A model generated the notes under the pieces. That model ran no database searches. It was not told the DNA's origin and worked only from the letters and a program-made list of their open reading frames with translations. 64,000 bases of DNA, from assembly GCF_964204645.1 (NCBI RefSeq), contig NC_134026.1, positions 5,293,950-5,357,949 on the forward strand. The letters are read 5' to 3'. A program made the position numbers and the translations under genes. Positions 58,188 through 64,000 of the stretch are shown piece by piece (position 1 is the stretch's first letter; each line of letters opens with the position of its first letter). The stretch comes from Tubulanus polymorphus (Eukaryota > Animalia > Nemertea).

Positions 58188-61100
58188 ATGGCGAACTACG
58201 GCCGTGATTACGATGATCGTCCGTCTTATTCTGATCGAGACGGGTAATTTTACATCATTGCATCTGTCCAATTTCTCATTTACGATTTTTTCAGCCTACA
58301 CAGTTTCAGTAGGCTTACATCAAATCAACATCTTCGTCAGATCGACGCTGAAACTGGAACTAACAAGCAACGCATGCATCGCTAACCAGCCGCCATGCTG
58401 CCGCCGCGCGGCATCGGCGTCACCTGCCTGCTGCTCTATTTGCTTGAGCACATACAACACAATACATATAAAGATACCAATATGCTTGCAGTGTGGTTGT
58501 TGGTTTAGAATTTAACGGGCTAAGTTCTGGCTGCAGGGTCGGGGAGCGGGATGATCTTTAAAAGGCAGGTCTTGATTGAACGCACTCAGACTTTTTAGGA
58601 ATAGCATTTATTTCCAGATAATGTCTAAACTCAACAGGTTTATTCTATTCTGGAATGTAGAGCGTATTTTAGTTGAAACGAAAAAGCCAGAATCGTTCGT
58701 TGAGACCGATCAAAACCTGCCTGTTGTTAGTGATACTCACCATACTAGATACTGAGGCCTAAATTATGAACCCTTACCTTCAGATCAACCTGATTGATTC
58801 ATCATCAAGAGACATGATTTGCCTAATTTTTTTGTCGCTGTCTCAAAATCATAATGAAAATTTGATTAATTGAAAATGAAAATGAAATTTTGAACGGGTT
58901 GTCCTATAGGTCTGGTAAGCTCGCTGTGCGTTGCATTGCATGGGCAGCTCATTAAAACACCATTAATTCTTTATTAGAACCCGTTAACATAGATTGTAGG
59001 TAAGACTTGCAGATCCACACCTACTTTGAACCATTGTTGAAAGGTGCTGATCTGCACTTCTGATAGTATCAGTGTTGACTCCTCGATTCAATCTACTTTG
59101 AAATTGAAAATACTTTTATAAGTGGTTTCATTAGAGCAAAATGTCCAAAACTCCTTTTATATAATTTTTATAGTTCAGAAAACTACACCTAAATCGGTAC
59201 AGTTGGAACCAGGATTTTTTCTACCAATTAGGTGGTTGTCCAATTTGAAACCTAGTTTAGATTAGTGCAAAGGATAGAAATTTGCCTACAAAACCATCGA
59301 ATTAGTGGTTAACCGGGATAAACAGTAGGGCTACCTATTTAGGAGGAGTCTACTGTAATGAAAGTGATGCGGACACTTCCTTGAAATTTCAAATGTTCTT
59401 GAAAACTCGTCATATCCAAGAATGACTGATCTGTAGAGTGGCCGAGTGGTTTAAACCGCCGGTCACTGGTCTTGTCAATCCAGGGTTTGTGGGTTCAAAC
59501 CCTGGTGGCGACAGAGTTTCTTGGTCGAAGGTTCTTCTCTGGTCTCTCCCCCATTGGGAAAAAGAAACATCGAACTGGCTTATAATGCCCTGTGTGGCGC
59601 TTAGCAGGTTGAGGGTGTTGACCGATCTGTAGGGACCCCTGGATAACAGGCGCTATATTATTGAAACTGTTTGTTTGTTTTGTAGCGGCTATAACAATTA
59701 TGGTGACAGACGAGGAGGAGGAGGAGGAGGCGGCGGCGGTGGTGGACGATATCAACAAGAATTCCCGACCGAAGCACCGTTTACGGCTTACGTGGGAAAT
59801 CTACCCGATGGCGTCGTGCAAGGAGATTTACATGATATGTTCCAAGATTTAAAAGTGAGTTGAGACCAAAAATATAAATTTCAATGTAGGCCCTAATCAA
59901 ATTCATGATGAATCTGGATCACTTGGAACTGATAAAATCTATAAAAGGCTCATTATAGCGGGGAAAAAAGCTTTGCGCTTTTATCATATAACTGTGATAC
60001 AAGTAATTTCGAGTAATGTAGATGTTAATGAAATTTTTTTCAAACGAAAAATATTGTATTTTTATGTCATACAGAGTGGGTAGAGACAGTAACCCCTAGT
60101 AATGTCTAGTTTATGAAGTAATCCATAGTATTATTGGTATTCACCTCAGGTGATAAAATCAATCCAGGTTATAAGAATTTGAATTGAATGTGATCGAATT
60201 ATATATCCGGACTAAACCAAATCGGATTGAGCTGATCCGGATTAGGCATGTTATTAAGTTGACAGTTTTGGTTATAAACCTAACCTCCATTAACCTTGTT
60301 TTTTCCAGGTTAAAAATTCTCGTTTGGTGCGCGATAAAGTGACTGATAAATTTAAAGGATTTGCGTACGTCGAATTTGCCGACGGGGAAAATTTACGCGA
60401 GGCGCTTGAATTCGACGGTGCTGTTAGTATCTTAATCTCGTGTAATAATTTAATAATGCCGAACTATTCGAGTTTTAATTCTAAATCGCTGTTGTATGTT
60501 TTAGTTATTTGTAGATAAAAATATACGGGTCAATATTGCGCAAGGTCGTAAGAGCGACCGAGGAGGTGGGTTCCGCGGTCGAGGAGGAAGTGGAGGTATA
60601 TTTTTTAAACGTGATTTAATTCTGTCCGAATTTTGAATGAATTGATACCGGTACTTGTCTCGCACACCAGTGGTTTTGGTTAACTGTTGTGCTTCGATAC
60701 CATATGGCAGTTGAGCTAAACAGACTTGCTGTTGACTGTTCCTGATGATATCAATATTTTACCACTATTTTATCCTGAGAAATATTGATATGATTTGTTT
60801 GTCGTGTACTGTAATGTAAAAGTTGTTACAATTGATTAATGATTAATTTTAAAATTTCATATTTCACTGAAATTAGTAAAATTCAACTTATTACTGATAG
60901 CACTTCTTAGAGGTGTGGCTGCCATTAGGCCTTTATACTTTAATCATTGGCCACAGTGGCATGGACATGAATTATTGAAAATGTATCTTTTGCATGTCCA
61001 GTTATCTGTCGTATTAATGTGAATCTTTTTGTTTCATTTTTCGTATGATAGGCGGCTTCAGAGGTGGCCGAGGTAGTGATAGAGGTGGATACCGAGGAGG

Positions 61101-61806
61101 TTACCAGGATGACGAAAGAGGTCAACAATTTGACGGTGGTCGATACGGCGGAGGTAGAGGCGGCGGAGGTGGCTACAGAAGCGGAGGATTTAACGATCGC
61201 GGAGGTTACGGAGGCGATCGAGGAAGCGGTCGGTTCTCGCGTGATCGACCGAGGCGAGAAAGTGGCGGCGATTCGGATATTCCTCCTGAACCATCACCTG
61301 GTAAGAGAACGACTGTTCTGTTCAATTGCTTTCGATAACTTGTTCTGACACTGTCATCATTTACGATTGAATGGGAATTTTAACACCTTAAAGATGGCTA
61401 TTGAAAGATGGCTGCACCTGTCCTATCAAACATGAAGTAATGATGGATACACCTCATGGCGGTGTAGATGCACTAAAGCGGTGTGCCCGTTATTCAACAC
61501 ACTTGAATAGAGGATATGTAGGAAAAAATGATCATCAAATTTCAATATCGTAAACAATATTGGCCACAAAATCATGTATTTTTTAGTGACAATAATTGTG
61601 GGTAACCAGTTGATTATTGGCTAACCAGTATCTCTGCTTATTTTCTTTAAGAATCCGCAGCTCAACGGCCCAGACTTAAACTACTGCCACGCACAGTTGC
61701 CAAACCATTGAACGAAGCAGCAAGTTCGGAACGTAACGCCAGTATATTCGGTACTGGAAAGCCACGAGAAGTTGACGCGGATACTGAATCGAAAGTTGCT
61801 TCTTGA
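58188..61806 (+). CDS. EIF4H: Eukaryotic translation initiation factor 4H, type B copy B2 (intact, 277 aa)
   Basis: Exons 58188-58243, 59686-59854, 60309-60422, 60505-60595, 61052-61300, 61652-61806 (834 nt). [55 protein letters not shown] region, C-terminal [23 protein letters not shown] typical of eIF4H. Confidence 0.92.
59424..59632 (+). mobile_element. tRNA-derived SINE in eIF4H-B2 intron 1 (duplicate)
   Basis: Near-identical to 49743-49951. Confidence 0.65.
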
Positions 61807-64000
61807 GCTCAGTAATAGCATGATCGAATCCAATTGTAAGTACCAGTATGCTCCTCGCAAAACCATCTTAAGAATTACTGGTATTCATTGAGAACTCGGA
61901 GCATTTCATCTCGAAAATAGGGATATGGGTTTTAATTTGATTCCAGGATTACTTAGACATTTTTTGAAAGAACTAGCAGATAGCTTAATCTCTGTATTGT
62001 GAAATAGTACTTTGCATCTGAGAAACTTTCCATTCTTAACTACCATACTGGAAAATTATATATTCGTTATTGCCTAGAATTACATTTTTCTTCAATTTAG
62101 TAATGTTCTTTTTATTTTCAGGTAGAATGGTTCAATGTAAATATTACCAATTTGAATGAATTTGAGCACGTGCGTGGTGGCAGAATGTAACATTCTGAAA
62201 TTGCGCAGGAAAGAAATTCAGCTTAAAAATGTACCGAGATAAAAAATTTGTGCCCTAAACGTTTTCAGCGGTAACTTCAGCAAAGGTGTTTTTTTCTGAT
62301 TTTAATGAATTTGTAAAATATATACATATGAATATATATATATATATATATATACTATACAATGAATATGATCCATGCTTTGCGAGGGAAAGGTTTCTCC
62401 CTCTCTTCTCTCTTACTCTTGAATATTTACTGTTGAACATAATGGAAAATGATTTATGAATGCAATTATGTTTCATTTTCAATCTTGTCTTGATTCGCGA
62501 TCGTAAAAATCCAACATGAAATTCATAACGAACATGATAATTCTCCTTATTTGACTACAAAGCATTTTTCTAATGACAAATTTTGTACCGCGGTAGTTAG
62601 TATTAGTTTTAACCAATCCAACATGTTCATTTATGACTGATTTTCTCGGTAGAACAATCCATGATTGCATTTCGTGTCATTTCTAACGACGACTTTTCAG
62701 CGATGAAAAATGGGGGCTTGAATCCTTATCTATATATCTGATGAACCTTTGTTTCAAATATCTCACTGGTTGGAAGTCAGTATTTGGGTAAGGCATCAAG
62801 CTTTTGCGGAAATGACATACCACGGACGGTATGTTGCGCTTCATTGCGTTTTTGCATGCGCACGTATTGAAAATCGAATCAAATCAAAATACATTTGTTC
62901 CTGTAAATTTCTAACCTCGGAAGTTATAGATATCTGCCTGTAGCTAGCGATTACTTAGTGAAATGATATTTTTGTTTTAGTCGTTTTAAGCATGATGCAG
63001 GCCATCATCGTTATGATAGATGAAAAATGTTTCTTTCGCTTTTTTGTGTACTGTTCAAAATTAGGTCGTTTTAAATTTCCACCAGATAATGCTGAATGTG
63101 TTAGTAGCTAGTCGAGATGATCATTGGTCGATTATTCGGTGGCAATTCCATTCTTCATATGTAAATACGGATCATGTATTTTGCAGTAACTTTGTCATTA
63201 GATATATTCTAGAACGCAGGGTTTTAATCCGGCAGTGAAATTTCTTGCTTTGAATGTATTAAGCCTTGCTGTTGGGAGTAGACTTGGTAACCGAACCAGC
63301 ATCTTGAGAAAGCGTTTGTACATTGTATCTACTTTTCAGAAAAAATTGCTTTGTATTATATGTGAATGAAATAACACACTCTTATTATCATAATAATACT
63401 AATAATACATTCAATGACCTTAGAAAAAAATAATAAAAGTTGTATGGATTGTAAATATCACAAAAATATTCTGGTTCCATTTATTTTTCCAGTTTAAAAC
63501 CCACTGACGATGATCTCTAGTGAGAGTTTTAAAGTTGTTTATTTTGATTTCAATTCTTGATAAAATAAAATTTGTGTTTAATCTTTTTAATTCTGTAAAT
63601 AGTGGGTTTTAAACTTATTTTCCGTTCTCCACATCAGAGTGTGGCTATTTTACCATTATTTTTCCAAAAAAATTGATGGAATTCTCGATTATTCCTTGGG
63701 ATTTGAACCGGGTCCTACCGGTAGTTCAAGAGTTTTCGTTTCATTCGAAGAGAGTCATTCATTTGCTCATGTTTTCAACCTGGATATTCATGTAGCAGAT
63801 ACATAAATATGCATTATGCATATGTTGATTCCGAGTTTACACTTCTTATGATTGAAACTATGATGTCCATGTTATTGCGTCAGCAGCGGGTCCATATGTT
63901 TTTTTTAAATGCAAGATTAGGGTAATTTGTCACATCATCATTACCTTAATCTTGCATATCATAGAATTTAATCATTTTTGTGACACGTTGTATCAGGTCA

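Larger units (their letters stand above)
51185..60677 (+). repeat. Tandem segmental duplication copy 2 (~9.5 kb)
   Basis: Same start and end sequences as copy 1; lacks the large insertion; continues into the unique 3' half of eIF4H-B. Confidence 0.95.

Noticed and set aside
60690-60970. Intronic snoRNAs in eIF4H-B intron 4 (TGATGA..CTGA; hairpin followed by ACA)
   Set aside because: C-D spacing is too short, and no H box or rRNA antisense element could be identified by eye; would need snoscan/snoReport.

Overview
AT-rich, intron-dense eukaryotic (invertebrate metazoan, lophotrochozoan-like) genomic DNA. The left 27 kb is an ordinary compact gene block: the 3' part of REXO1 (+), a two-exon secreted group III phospholipase A2 (-), kinesin-13 KIF2A (-), LRRC43 (+), the BTB-Kelch gene IPP (+) and a possible small orphan gene (-). 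The right 35 kb is a rearranged eIF4H locus. An older pair of paralogs (a C-terminally truncated type A and a canonical type B) was tandemly duplicated as a ~9.5-kb unit, each copy starting just after a (TA)n microsatellite, giving A1-B1-A2-B2. The copies look reciprocally inactivated: A1 intact, B1 broken, A2 with a nonsense codon, B2 intact. B1 exon 1 is split by an 11.9-kb non-autonomous Foldback-type DNA element with an 8-9 bp target-site duplication, confirmed by the empty site in B2. Its inverted arms are 3-4 kb arrays of a 64-bp repeat, and its core holds nested MITEs. Also present are many MITEs, a tRNA-derived SINE and Penelope-type minimal hammerhead ribozyme candidates. All gene models were spliced by eye, and an assembly artefact (uncollapsed haplotypes) cannot be excluded for the duplication.
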